Positions 35,853 through 49,523 of a stretch of DNA of 64,000 nucleotides are shown here, one piece after another (the stretch's first letter is position 1; each line of letters starts with the position of its first letter). This DNA is from Sarea resinae. Its lineage: Eukaryota. The notes beneath the pieces are model-generated. The model was not told the DNA's origin, did not search any database, and saw only the letters and a program-made list of their open reading frames with translations. Position numbers and translations under genes: made by a program. Where the stretch lies: assembly GCA_026026165.1 (NCBI GenBank), contig JAPEUD010000048.1, positions 62,001-126,000 on the forward strand, given 5' to 3'.

Positions 35853-36371
35853 TTCATTCGTCCCCGCACATCCAAAGTATGACTGATACATGAGTCTACG
35901 GAGTAGATGTGGAGAACAGAAAGCGAAATCCATGCTTACACAAGCAACAGCACGACAGACTATGAATACCTATCCTGGCTATCCTAGGATTCCGGACTTC
36001 GTGATAGTGTGTCTGCGATGCAAGTCATACAGACTAAATAACCTCCATGGCGCCTATTGGCGATCACGTTCTAATACGTACTAACAAACAAGATCGAGGC
36101 AGGAAGAAAAGCAGTACAATCGTGGGCCTCCGTCACAACTTTTTAAACTATTGCATCCATAAAAAAGGATCCGAAACAAGACAGAGATATATCTCAGCGT
36201 ACAAGGCCAAATCTTCGCCCATACGACCGATCAGGGACGGACAGAGAAGACACCAAATACAGGACCCAACCCATTTATTTTTAAAAATCCGAAACGCTCA
36301 CTTAGCAAAATTGCACGAAGCCAAAAATCTCGTTCAGCCGAAAAGGTTTGTGGTCAGCGATAGAATCTTGC

Positions 36372-39234
36372 TCAAAAGTTCGACAGCACAGAGCGGCCAT
36401 CGATAAGCTTCGCAAGCACACCACTCGCCTCGTTGAGTAGTCCACTTAGAGCCGGCGCTGATGTCTCGCTCCGTACCCACTGTAGTAGCGAGTCAATGTA
36501 AGTCTGATCAGAAACATGACCAATATCTTTCCATGATCCTGTGTCAAAAGCTGTGAGGTAGCGCTGCGTATTTTGTTCGTAGTCGTTAAGAGGTGGCCCG
36601 AGGGTGCTTAAGGCAAGATTGCTTGACGAAGGTTGCATGGCAGAGGAACTAAAATTGTAGCTCCAACAGACAAGGGCTGCAAGATAAAGAATCCACTGCT
36701 CGTGAAGCAGACCTGTCCGGTGCGGACGCCGTGTGAATGCGATATTGAGTATATGCACAGCACAACTGACCGCTCTTTTGGCCGTATCGCCATCGACCCA
36801 GACACGAAGACGGCGCTTAGCGTGCTCGAATTCAGATTCCAGGGAAAGCTTGCGACCGAGAATCCAGCTTTCCCCGCTGACGGCCAGAAGATCCCGGATG
36901 GGGACATAGCGGACGAGAAGGAAAGCGTCGTAACTGAGAAGGGCGCTTGCGGAGCTTAAAGGGGCTGACTGCAGAGTCTCGCCAAAACCAAGCAGATCTT
37001 CTTGCTCGGAACAAGTCATACCACTGCAAGCAAAGTATGACAGCACAGTAAGGGATTGAAAGTCGTCTAGGGAAAGGTGGCGGTTCAAAGCAGAGATAGC
37101 AGCGAAGGGCAGGTTATTACTCTGCTCCGCCGACGCTATAAGACTCCACTCGAAGTATGAACAGTTCCATAATATGTCGGAACACGGCAAGGGAAGATGA
37201 ATACTCTCGCTGGGCGTTGATGCATTTTCAGCATCCAATTCAAAAAGAGCTTCGTGCTGGGTCTTGAGGATGAATGCTGAAATGAAGACTCTTCGCCTAG
37301 TCTCGAGCTCCAGCCAGATGCTCCACGCAGCTTGCATACCGTTCTCGTCGGCAAAGGTCGTTGAGAGGGCTCGAAACGGTGCCAAAGGATCGGCCAGGAG
37401 CCTTTGATTGTCTCGAACTAGCTGAACAATATTAAGCATGGTAATTCACCCTCACTTCGGCGCACTTACGCTAAGGTAAAGCCGGCTATATGCTTGAGAA
37501 ACAGTCAGGACTGGTCTTCGAGATCGGTACTTTGCAAACATCTCCAGCAGAACAATAGCTTGCATGTCGGAAGTCAAGAGGCTGGTATCAAAGTCATGGT
37601 AATTCTGAAAAGTTAGCTCATACTGTGTCTCTTTTGATTTAATTAGACGGGCGTTACTAACAGTGTCAAGGTGTTTCATAGTCTGGCGATGGAGCGTAAT
37701 AGAATCGGACTTTGCATCTATATAATCCGAGTATTGGGCGCCAATTGATATGACAGAGGCTGCAAGAAGAGGAGATACGCTTGGAGAGCAGAAAGTCGGC
37801 CGGTGGATAATTGGGAAAATTGGATGGAAATTCCGCCAATAACAATCAAGATACTCTTCAGCTCTCGTCCTCCTGGACCCTGGCTCACAAGTGCCCAGAG
37901 TAATGCCAATCGATGCCAGTGACGCCTCTAAAACAGTGTACCACTGAAGGCCGTCGAGTGTGGGGACTGATACTGATGTGGGAGGTAGCAATAAGTGTGG
38001 CGCATGTCCTGCCACGTGGATATCCTCGGAACCCGGCACATTTGTCGTGAAGCTTAATTCCTCTATCCATGGATTGTATCCGGCGTGGACTTGAGCAGGA
38101 GAGACGAAGTTATTAGACAGAGGAGAAGTCAAGGAATGTGGCTGATACTCGATATCTCCAGCCGATGCAGTGGAAGATCGCCTGCTGAAATCCGGCGGCA
38201 GCCAGTAGGGACCTCTTCCAACTTCTACGTCTTCATATGGAGACAAGGAAAAATTCAAAGTGCTGGCCCAAGGTATGGGACTTGGTGCATGAGCAATGTT
38301 GGGATTATCGGAGGGCCCCGAGACTTGAGGGGTCAGTTGCATCGTTCGAGAAACGGAAGGTGAACGACTGCCATTCGGACTGAGGATTATAGTCCGAGGA
38401 GCAGAAGTGGTAGCCAATTCGGAGGCCATATGAGGACCGCATATTGCTTCTCTCGGGCGAACATCTGCTGACGCAGAAGTAGAGTTTCTCCTTGTGGACC
38501 GTTTACTTCGGGGGGTTCTCTTTTGCGAAATATCGGTAGTTTGCGAGGCGACACTGCGATCATCAGACTCCTTCTCGTATTCTCAACGGTTCGAGAGACT
38601 GACTGTTTTTCCATATGTCTGCGTAGAAGGTCTTTGCGGAAGAAGCGCTTGGGGCAGCCAGGAATTTCACATTTCAGGGCTTCTTCCTGATGGTTGAGTT
38701 GATGTCTCCTGAAAGGACCGAGTCAGTATCCATTGATAGATGGGATACGGAGTAGAATTGCTGACCTTAGATGCTCTGCTCGGGATAAAACCTCCATTCT
38801 GTTTAGTGTCTGAGCAACGTTGGAGCCAAAGAATTACATACCTTTGTACAACCTGGATAGTCGCATCGATGCACAAGTTTACCTTTCTTTGCTTTGCTAG
38901 GACGTCGAGTCTTAGACGTGTATTCAGTCATCACTGCATCGTCTGACGATGATGAAGTCCCCTGAAGCCTATCCATGTTTCGAAAGGGCTCAACTCTGCC
39001 TCCAGTCGTATCAGATCCGCTAGATGTGATAGATCGTAGCGCTGTGCGAAACCTCGTGATGTTGTGGTGTATCGGTTTGGATATGCGATTTGACCGGCGT
39101 CGCGCTAGATTGCTCTTCCTGACGCTGGCTGCCGCTGATCCGGCAAGGTTCCAAGTATGCCTGATCTCCGCTGTCAAGGGATTTCCTGCGCTCTGAATCT
39201 TGTCTGACCATGGAAGGGTAGCGTGAGGTCCCAT
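36372..39234 (-). CDS. C2H2 zinc-finger transcription factor with fungal-specific TF domain (start uncertain; ATG 38931 also possible)
   Basis: Spliced fingers HRCDYPGCTK|VLSRAEHLR|RHQLNH and CEIPGCPKRFFRKDLLRRHMEKH. Fungal TF domain YWRNFHPIFPIIHRPTF; W..LETRRR..LPLPCSDILW. Confidence 0.85.
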
Positions 39235-40094
39235 TACAGATATACCTTACGATGAGGATTGGTTTGCGATCCGTGGTCAAGGAAAGACGGCGACATCGAA
39301 GTCTCGTGGTGAGGTGTGAAGTGTCTTGAGCCAGAGGCCCAGGACCGATGAAGTTCAATCCATTTAAAACGCTATGAGAATTGAGAGAAGAAGATCTTCT
39401 TTGCCACAATTGGACAGTCCGACTCGCTCGGAAGTTTCAGCAACGAGGGTATGTTCTTTCGAGGCAGTGAAGGGACCTCCCAAAAGTATCTCTGATTACC
39501 TTGGGTACCTTAGGTAGAGACTCGGCGTCTTAGCTATGCGGAGAGTCGGCCGTAGTCATCACCATCGGCACGGTTCTTTCTATCTTGGGTATGCTTTGCG
39601 GGGTGAAGAGGAGCAGAAGGCAACAACGGCCGCGACTGGAGGTGTGCGGCTGATAGGGAACTAAGGAAATGGAATGACGATAGGGACACCTGCCAGGGCT
39701 GAGGGCCACGGCTAGCAATGGATGGTACCTGATGCATAAGGTGCTCAGACAGGGACATGTCTGGCGACCAAGGAACAAGCAGCATCTTGGGATCTGATGG
39801 TCGCGGGAGGGATCCCATCCGCAAACGGGCCAGATGGGACAAGATTGGAAGTGGTGCTCGATAGATGAACGATGCAGCCATGTCCGTTGGATCTGTGGCC
39901 AGTGTATCTAGACATAGTACGTGCTTAGCTCTGTTGCCAGCGCCCGCATCTGCGAGGCATGGGCGTCGTCGCTCGTCGCTCGTCGCTCGACGACTCAACG
40001 AAAGCGCCCGGCGGGGGCCCCATGAACCCGCCCGAAGGCTTAGCTTGCCGCGCATGCTGCAGATTGGACTACGAGTGTTTTTTGTGGAGTCGGC

Positions 40095-40146
40095 TTTCCC
40101 TCTGGGATTTCCCTTTGGGATTTCCCTTTGGGCTTTCCTTTTGGGA
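40095..40146. repeat. Four copies of a 13-bp tandem repeat TTTCCCTTTGGGA
   Basis: Units at 40095, 40108, 40121 and 40134, each with 0-1 mismatch. Confidence 0.9.
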
Positions 40147-43100
40147 TTTGATCACCTCTTGTTCTGTCCATCTGGTGCTCGGTTGAGACCTATCTTCCTC
40201 CATACTCCGCTCGATGCTCTGCGCCGCAAGAGTTTGCGGCACAGTCCACGTAGATGTCGTGGGTCGAAAAGCTTTTGGCTCGATCAACGGGCCTGGACTC
40301 GTTTTCGGCGTGGCCCGCATCCTGGACGCTTGAGCTTTGGCCAATGCGTGGCCTCACGTCGGCCAGGGGTTCTGCTACGGAGGAGTACGGCCGCCTGCCG
40401 CATTGCAGAGCCCTACCGCCTGGAGCCAGATGGACGATTGGCCACAGCGGGCCCCGGACACGATAGACAGCCATGTGGCTTCCACCACATCAGCCGTTTC
40501 CGGTTCACGATGGGCACGAACATCCAAAGCAACCAGGTGTCCGTTGTTCGAATGGCGGTCTCATTGGCGTTCTTAGCATTCCCCATCACCTCTAGGCCTT
40601 TCTTAGCCGGATCGAGATACTGCGTCTCCATCATCTTGTATCGGAGGTCCCTAGTAATCGATGCGCGCAGCGAAGTGGGTCGAGAACACCGTGTACTCTA
40701 GGTGATCGCTTCCATTTGCTGCACTTGGTGGTGCATACGTAGTACTCATAGTACATGAGGCAGAGATATACCGGGGATAGCGAGAGCCAGGACATCTAGA
40801 GTAGAGTAGATACCTTGGAGTACTACTTCGGCCGAGAGCAGATCTCGGCCGATGTGAAGGACCATCCCGCATGGGCCAACGTCACCGTTGTAATACGGAT
40901 CAAAAGTCCCTCCGTGCTCAGGGAGACGAAGATCCAAGGAATCGGATGTGAACCCAAGGATGAGCTTGTTTCCGCCAACACAGTCCATCTACTACGTGCG
41001 CTGCACTCCCGAGGACGAAGGACTCCGTAGTGCCAGATCTCTGAGCGATCATTAGGCTGGACCACGGCGCTTCTCATCGAGACCCACTTGCCGGCCAACG
41101 GCTAAACCATTGAAACTAGCCACACTGATCAATTGAGATGAGGTCTGCCGTCAGCCAGAAGCTTGTCCTTCACCGGAAGCTGCAGATCGCCGCACAGGAT
41201 GGATCATGGATCCATGGATATTACGTGTACTCCGAGTAGAGTATGTAATTACCTTACTACTGTTGCCAGATCGTGCAAGAGATAGCCTCCACCAACCGAG
41301 ATCCTCTTACGGGCGGCGACCCTACTCGTACTTTATAGTCGCGCGATCGCTTTGTCTCTCCATGTATTCGTAAAGCCGAGCGGCTCGAAGTGACATCTCT
41401 TCGAATGGTCGATTGCACTGGTCGCCAATTCTTTGTTGGCCATGATCGGCGGCCCCTTCTGAGTCAGTAGACGCGCGTTCACGTGGGGATCGTACTCGAT
41501 GGTGGGCAGTCAGTGTTGACTCCTCCTCTCCTCATGGCGAGCCATCATCAGGGACGGCGATCCAATTACGGATCATCAACATCCAGGACGGCGGGACTCG
41601 TAATGAGAGCCAATAGGGCTACACTCCGTATAGAATATCGCAAGGGAGCGTCCGTGCTTGCTCGATCACACGTGGGAAACTCGAGGGACATCAATGATTG
41701 CTCCGTGTACCTTCCGCACACCATGCATGCCTTTCCAAGTCCACGGCTACCAAACCGTCTTGAGCCGAAAGAGTTCCAGGGACAGGCTGACAATTATCTG
41801 CAGCTGCCTTGGAGCTGGAAGCGTTAAATGACATGTCATGCCCAGAGATAGTCGACGACTCTATAAACCCCCCGCGTTTAAAAGGCCTGATCGTTGGCTT
41901 CAGGCATGTTCCACAAGCTTCGTCAATCAAAATACCCAGTTGAGATTTAGGGCCGGGGGACAAGTCAGTCTGCATTCTCATCGAGTTGCTGCACCGTCAA
42001 GAGAAGTTCGGACCAGTAGCAGAGAGGCCGAGATGTAGACGGGATGCTTCGATGGACCCAAGGGATGCGGCTCTGTATCAAGACCGTAGTCGAGGAAATT
42101 AAGGGAAAATAAATATGCGCAATGATGCATTGATCAGGTCATACCGTCCATGCAATGACCTGGCTGTTCAGCGCCCAAGATGGCAGCGTTCCATTTGCGT
42201 CCAATCCAACAAGCCTACTCTAGCGAAAGACCCTGGCGGGGGAAAGGGGAACTCTCAGGGCTCTCTTGTATACTTTGTAGAACTCTAGATGGGCGATTTC
42301 GGTAAAGTCAGGTGGAATTATTGATTACTCTCGAGAGCTCCACGATTCAGAATCGCACGGCGTACTATGGTAGTCCTCCAAGTGTGCCTTCACCCCCTCG
42401 CTCAACAGAACAAGGGCACGCATAATCGGGAGAGCGTTCCAGCGACCAGCAAGACATGGGATTAAAGTTCTCAGTCATCTCATCGTTCGTATTCGTTTCT
42501 CAATACCCGATCGGAGGTAGCCCTGCCAAGTCCGCTCTGCGAGTCATTCTCGGGTGAGCAATACGGGCGCCCCGTCGGCCGCTGAGAGCTGTGCGCTGCT
42601 ACTAGCTCGAGTACCGATGAGTCTTAGCATTGTTGACTTTCATGCATCCGCTGCCTTATCGAGGGCTGCCGAGAGATGGTTTCCGTTCCCGACTCGTTCG
42701 ACAGGAGCGTTGTGGTTGTACTGCGCAGTACTCTGGAGTAGTGGAAGGTTTCTGGAGGCCACTGCCCGGTGCAGCATCCCCAAGGAGGTGGGGATCAGCA
42801 TCATCTAGGGAGGTCGAAGTACTACGTCGTACCTCAGACGTACTTCATAGTAGACTCGGATTCGGGCTCGGACTCAGAGAGCAACCGAAGGCAGCCATTG
42901 GTGCCATGGATGCTGATACCAGCTGGAGGTTCCAGTGGCATCCTTTTATAGCGCATTGCCTTGCTGGAAGCGCCTGTCTCTTGCATGCCCCGGTTGCCTG
43001 TTACGGTACTTGATTTTATTGCATAGCCGCGGTTGACATCAATTAAGGAAGTCTACCATACCTGACCTACTTACCCACCAGGTATATATCAAGCCCACCC

Positions 43101-43417
43101 TACGGCTTTGCACTCAAACTCTCAATCATGGATTCGTCCCGAGGTGGATGCTCACGACGACCAGCGAGCTATCAGTGATATGAGAACTCTGCAGTCAATC
43201 GAGGTGGCAATGGTGTATTCTTCAGTGGTCATCTTTCTAACCCAAGCTCGTCCATGTAAGATTGTATTGCCGTAAGAGATACTGGTGACTCCCACAAAGA
43301 CACTCCGTCAGAACACTCCACATAGCCCCTGATTAGTATCTGTACGAAACTACAATGATGATGCTACTATTCAATACAACTGCACCTCGCGCACGGTCTA
43401 GCTATCTCGATCACCCC

Positions 43418-46400
43418 TTAGAAGGCGAATACCTTCTTCAATCCTTTCATGAATGAACCGGACGGTACTGGATCCTTCTCGACGGTGTGTCTTCGGGACC
43501 TATGTCGTTCTGATTCTCGTCCGTCGTCGTAGGAGGAAGATGGAGCATATTCTCGTCCTCGTCTAGATGAATGTGAAGGTTCCGGTTCTGGGGCCACCGC
43601 TTCCTTGCCCTTACTAGCATGCCTCTCGGCCCTCCTAGCTCGCCGGGCCTTCTCGTCTTCCGCAATTTGCTCGTCCTCACGTAGTCTGCGCTCTTCTCTT
43701 CTCGCCCTACTTGCTGCTTTCTCCTCCGGAGTGCGATGGTGGCCGGAGGAGCCATGCCTAGATGATGTTGGTCTGATAGACTTTGGCTCTGGATTGGGAT
43801 TGAGTAGGAAGGAATTGTGCACGGATTCGCCCGAGATTTTGGGGAATAGCTTAGGCCTAATTGGCTTCGCCGTCTGTTCCGTTTCACTTCCGGGACGACG
43901 AGACGATCGCTTTGAGGTTGGCCTGTCCTCTGTTTCTTCGAATGAGCTTTGGGCTCTGCGGAGAGACCGTCGATCATCTTTGCTGTGTCCGCTGATGGCA
44001 CTATCTCTCCGCTTGCTCCGTCTCTCCCTAGCTTCCTTTGTCTCGGCGATACTGGTGCCGGTTCTGCTAGAGATCATGCTGCTTTCGCTTTCCCTTCGTT
44101 TCCGAGTGGGGCGAACAAGGGCCTCCGCCTTTCCAGACTCCTTGCTATGTCTTGACGACCTATGTCGATGTTTTCGTTCGGAACCAGGGGAGGGTGGTGC
44201 TTCCAAGGGCGCAATGTCCGATTTGTCTTCATCTATTGCATCGTCGTCCACGCTCAGGTCTTTTGTTCCTTCATCAGCCGGTCCCGCTGGATCTGCGGGG
44301 GGCGCAGATGGTTCTGCAGGAGCAGCCTCTTCCTCTTCAGCAGGTGCAGCAGCATCTTCTTCTTCGGCGGGAGCAGCAGCCTCTTCGGCAGGTGCAGCAG
44401 CCTCTTCAGCAGGAGCAGCGGCTTCTTCTTCGGCAGGAGCAGCGGCTTCTTCTTCGGCAGGTGCGGTAGATTCTTCGGCGGGAGCAGCAGCCTCTTCTTC
44501 TTCAGGAGCAGTCTCTTCCCCAGCAGGTGGTGGATCTGTTTCTGTTGGTGGAACAGCTTCTTCCTCGGCAGGCGCAGGGGTATCATCTTCAGCGGGAGCC
44601 GGATCAGGCTCTGTAGTTGCATTGGGTTCTTCTTCCGCCGGAGCTGGTTCTGGCTCTACGGGTGCAGCCACTTCTTCCTCGGAAGGCACTGGCTCTGGCT
44701 CGCTTGACGCAGAAGCTTTTTCTTCCGCTGGAGCTGGCTCTGACTCGGCTGATGCAGGGGCTCCCTCTTCAGGCTGGACGGGTTCTGGATCGGCTGGCAC
44801 AGGAGCATCCTCTTCTGCGGGAGCTGGGTCTGATTCAGCAAGTGTCACGGCTTCTTCTGGGGGGCTAGGATCTGATTCGGTTGGCGCAGTGGCATCTCCT
44901 TCGGCCGGCGCAGTGGCTTCTTCAGCATGAACCGGACCGGGCTCAGCAGGTGCAGTGGCTTCCTCTTCAGCGGGCACGGGATCTGGCTCAGCAGGAGTCG
45001 CTTCTTCTGCTGCAGGAGCTGGATCCGGCTCGACGGGATCAGTAGTTTCCTCCTTGACTGATTCTGGCCCCGCTTCTGGCTCTGCGGGTGCAGCACTTTC
45101 GTCTTCTGCAGGAGTTGACTCTTCGGCGGGTGTAGGTTCCTTTGTAGGTTCGGGTTCGGAAGGAGGAATTTCTTCCTTAACTTCAGCAGATGCTTCGTCA
45201 TTTGTTTCAGAAGGGACGTCATCTTTTGGATCAGCGGAGACTTTCTCTGCTACTTCAACGAGTGGATCTTCCTTATCTTCCACAGAATCCCCTTTCTCTT
45301 CTTCAGCACGAGTTCCTCCCTCTTCCTCAGCTGGGGGGGTTTCTTTCTTTTCCTCCGCGGGTACTGCTTCCTTCTCTTGAAGAGGGGCTTCTTCTTCCTC
45401 TTCTTCCTCCTCGACAGGACTCAACTCTTCCTCGGCTGCCGACAAATCCTCGTGAGAATTGGCGTCTTCCTCGTGGGTAGAAAGCTCGGTCTCGTCTTCT
45501 GTAGGGTCATCTTCCTCGTTGGCTAGGTCTTCCTCGTCGGCCAGATCTTTTTCCGGATCTTCGGTCAGGTCTTCTTCGGCATGTTTGTCAACAGAAGATT
45601 CGGGGGCCACAGATGTAGCCTCTTCGGTAGCCGTTGAATGTGCTTCCTCGGGTCCACCTTCATCGGGGGATTTCTCGCTCGGTTCCTCGACCTTCGTTTC
45701 AGGCGATTCATTGTTTCCACCTGCTTCGGTTGTCTCATCATGGCTTTCGTCTTCCCATGACTCAACTACGTCATTGGCAGCCTTGAAGTTATTGTGTTCG
45801 GCTTCGGAATGCTTCTCGTTGCTCTCCTCTAGCTTTTGAGCGTCCGCTTCCACTTCTGCCTTGACATCCTCGGCATTTGCGGCTATCGTATCTTCTGGTG
45901 CCTTTACACTTTCTTCTGGACTGGAAGGCTCCGTACTGCCTTCTTCGTGAGAGTCTGCTGACGTATCATTACTGCTCGCTGCCACTGCTGTCGATGGGGG
46001 GCCATTGCTTGGTGCTTCTTGAGAAGCAGCAGTCTCATCTGTATTGTCCGCCTCAGCGACTTTGTCACCATCGGCAACCTGATCTGCATCCTCTGCGCCG
46101 GTCTCTTCGCCTTTATTGATCATAACCGGCTCAATTGGAGGTAGTGCAGCTTCGGTCTGTGGGTGCTCGGCCTTCATGGTGGCTTGGCCGCTCGAGTCTG
46201 TGATATCGGGCACGCCTTCAGCCTCCAGACTCAACTCGCCTTCTTTGACATTTCCGTCTTCTTTAGCTTGCTCATCGGTCTTTGTCCCTGCTTCGGGAGA
46301 TGGCGATTCTGTAGTGTCGGTCTTCTCGGCAGGCACGTCAGGCGCGACACTACCTGCTGTTTCCGAAGAGGGTGCCTCGTCTGGCATTGTAGTCGGTAAT

Positions 46401-46557
46401 TTTGATTGCTGCAAGGCCAAACGGTCAGTCCGAGAAAGAGCCTCAAAATCCGAAGTGGAATCCAATTATTTACTGATTCATTTTGCGTTTCTTCTGCTGG
46501 CTTTTCATCGGTCCAGAGGTCGACGCGCTTCCTGGTTTTACGTTTATTCTTGCCCAT
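43418..46557 (-). CDS. Hypothetical ~1020-aa Glu/Ala/Pro-rich repeat protein with basic Arg/Ser-rich C-terminus
   Basis: Exon 1 MGKNKRK..QNES joins in frame through intron 46473-46409 (GTAAAT..ACTGAC..CAG) to a 3-kb open frame. PAEEEAAA and EPEPAPAEE repeats; ends GLKKVFAF*. Confidence 0.8.
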
Positions 46558-48171
46558 CTTTCGGGATATCGATCACAATCCGGGCTGCGGATGACAACAG
46601 AGGGGCATGCAATCGGACCAAAAGGTTCAATCCGCCCACGAGAGATACACGGAGCGACAACGAAAGGGACAAGGCCGCGAGTTATGAGCGAAAGAGGGTT
46701 GCAATCACTACACCCAAAAGAAGACCTCCATGGCGCCCTGACAAGGACGTGTTCGCATCAAATCAACAAATCAGATCTCGAAGAAAGACTACTGGAGCCA
46801 CGTCGAGTAACGTCAACTGCAATTTCGGCGTGAATGGCGCCTTGAACGACAGGCGGGCCATCCCGCCGTGGGATATACCATAGTACGCAGTCATGCAGAT
46901 GGGGTCGACCGGCATGTGCTGCATGACGATGCCGGAAGCAGTGGAACGAGCGACCTTCTGACTGGCTCAATGGGGACGGTTTTTGCGAGGCGAACGCGAA
47001 CTCCACTTGGGGGGTCTAAGCAGGTGAGGTGTTACCTCCAACGCGCCAATCTCGACGAAACAAAGAGCCGAGGCGATGATCCCACAGCTCGAAAGCTATC
47101 TGAGATATCAGGAGGAAAGGGGGCCGAATTGGGCCTCAATTCGCCGTCAATCTGATGTGGAATGCCACGTCTGACGGATCTGGGCGAAGCTGGAGGAGTT
47201 CTTGTCTACTCCGTATGCACATTGATATCATGCACGACGAGTCGAAGCGATGATTCGTCCCACTTGACTGACGTGTCGCAGTACTCCGAGTGCAGTGGAG
47301 CGGAGTAGGGACTCGAGGTACAGTACTTGGTCGATGTGCGAGTACATACTGAAGTAGCATACCCGAGGCCATCACATAATGCGATTATTACAGCATGTTG
47401 CCGGACGATGGATGGATCCCACTGAGCGTGGACCCTCTCGGAAGGCTCGTGACTCCTCTCTCGCAATAAGCTCCAGTAGGCACCTCTTGGATGAACGAGA
47501 CTTGCAGGCAATCCGCTCAGGTCTTCGTACAGAAGCGCCCGAGGCGATCCGTCAATCATTCGCGATAGGCAATCGATAGAGGCCCGATGAGACACGTCGA
47601 AAGGGTATTTCGAGGACACGACGGCCGTTCCAGAGCGTCGCATCATCGCTGTTATCAATTGCAATCATCCCTCTGAAATGGCGGAGATATCTCAAGCCAA
47701 CGGTAGCCTAGCAGGCTGCAGAGTGGTCGATCAAGAGGAGAGACTCCTTGCTTCGTTCGTGTCCGCGACTGCCACTAGCGATCGAGTGCAGGGCAGGGTA
47801 CCACGGCATCGTGGTCACCGCCTCAGGGAGGTGGATTCGAGGCGGAAAGGAGCAGGACTGGAGGGATCAATGGATTGCCCGATGTCAACAAAGAACTCGA
47901 TGAGCACTTCCACCTTGTTTCCCAGCTCTGGGCCATGCGCATTGCTCCATCCGTGACCGTGGACTTCTATTCTTGGGCAGACCTGACTAATCTCACGGCT
48001 GCGGGATTTCCCGCCTGTTGGGGCACGGCGGGGCACGCTGCAGAGCGAGGAAGTACTGCGCAGTAGAAATCATTCTGCCGTAGTTTTGGGCGATGATAGC
48101 CTTGGATCGTTAATCGGCCGCTGCTACAGCCGTAGCTCCGATGCCGACCGCGGGGCTTTCTCAGACGCATC

Positions 48172-49523
48172 ATGGTAGTCCTGCTTGACCTCGACGAGGA
48201 AGACTTGGATGCGTACAACGGTTTCCGAGATGGCACGTTCACTCGGCCTGGGCACCGTCATCACGGTGTGGCAAATGAGGCCCTTCAGAGAGAGGGGCAG
48301 GAGATGACAGATGCTCCCGAAAGGGAAAATCCCAATCTCAATGGGTTCTCGGCTGCTCTAGCATGTTATCCGTAAAGCTTCCCTGATCGAACGTGTCTGA
48401 TACTCGATGCTGATGATCCACACTTTCTAGTGTTGTGTCACAGATCACCCATTCTCTGGATTTGGTCGATCTTCATGCCCTTGCTCAAACTTGCCGGCAG
48501 TTCCGCGTCAATCTTTTGCAATTTCAAAGGCAGCTCGTGACGCAAACTCTACGATGCGAGAATGAGGGTCTTGATGGACCTCAGATACCGCGGCAAAGAC
48601 CGAGGGCGGACGAGAATCCATGGGCGCGGCTAGGGGAAAGAGGAGACAGGAGGGCAATTCAAAGGCTTTCAAGCGGCGAAGTTGGCCGTTGTGCAAGAGA
48701 CTTGGTAGCAGCCTGCCGCAAGTGTGATAGAGTAGTTTGTCGTGTAGGCCTCTCAGCTATTTTTGGGGGGTCAAGGCTAATTCAGTACACGGCACAGAAC
48801 TGTATCAGCAAACCGCCCGTATCCGTCAAACTTGCCGGTCGTCATCGGCGGCTCTGCCTTACTTGTCTCAACGTTCCGCTATCCTATCATACGACTCCAG
48901 GTAATCTGCTAAGTGCTGCTCGGCGGCACACCTTTACCTTGGAGGCATTCTCTCGAAAGCCCTGCACGTGTCCGGACAGTGTTTGGCTCTGCCAACCGTG
49001 TGGTCAAGCTCTTGCCAGCATTGATACAACGTACCGTCGCGTATGGACTTGGCGCACGCGGTATAGCACCTATCTAGGCGGACTGGGCACTGGAATCGGC
49101 GAGGGCACGCAAGGTGTGAAATGTGGTCGAGAAGATGAATGTCTCGCGGCAAAGGAGATCGAAGTCGAGATCGATTGCGACGCCAAAGAGCTACAAGAAA
49201 TGGAGAGGGAGCTAGAGGAGGGAGAGGCCGGTCCAGGATATATGATGCAAGAAATTGAAGGCATCGGCGGCATTGTGAAGAAAAAGGTCAAAAAGAGAGT
49301 GAAGCTCGGAGCCGTGGTCACGGAATATGAAGACGAAAGGGAGAGCGCCAAGTATCTGACCAGAGAGGAGAAAGGGGAGCAGCGGAGCTGGTGCGGGTGG
49401 TGTTCGAGGGTGATCCCTGGGCCGAATGAAAGTGATGATGATGATGATGATGATGATAGAGAGTTGGGTGTGGTTGAGGAGTCGACAGTATCTACCACCG
49501 AACTGAAGCCGAATGGGATATAA
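48172..49523 (+). CDS. Conserved-looking fungal protein with F-box-like segment and Cys-rich motifs (start uncertain)
   Basis: Spliced ALACYP|VVSQITHSLDLVDLHALAQTCRQFR. CRKCDRVVCR|NC, CLTC, CTC, CQPC and CGWC motifs; GGLGTGIGEG. Confidence 0.7.

Noticed and set aside
39865..40701. 278-aa ORF and neighbouring short ORFs in 39400-43400
   Set aside because: Arg-rich composition with no motif or convincing splice model. An unrecognised gene or relic cannot be excluded.
43605..44930. 441-aa Ser/Ala/Gly-rich plus-strand ORF
   Set aside because: Antisense shadow of the repetitive acidic gene.
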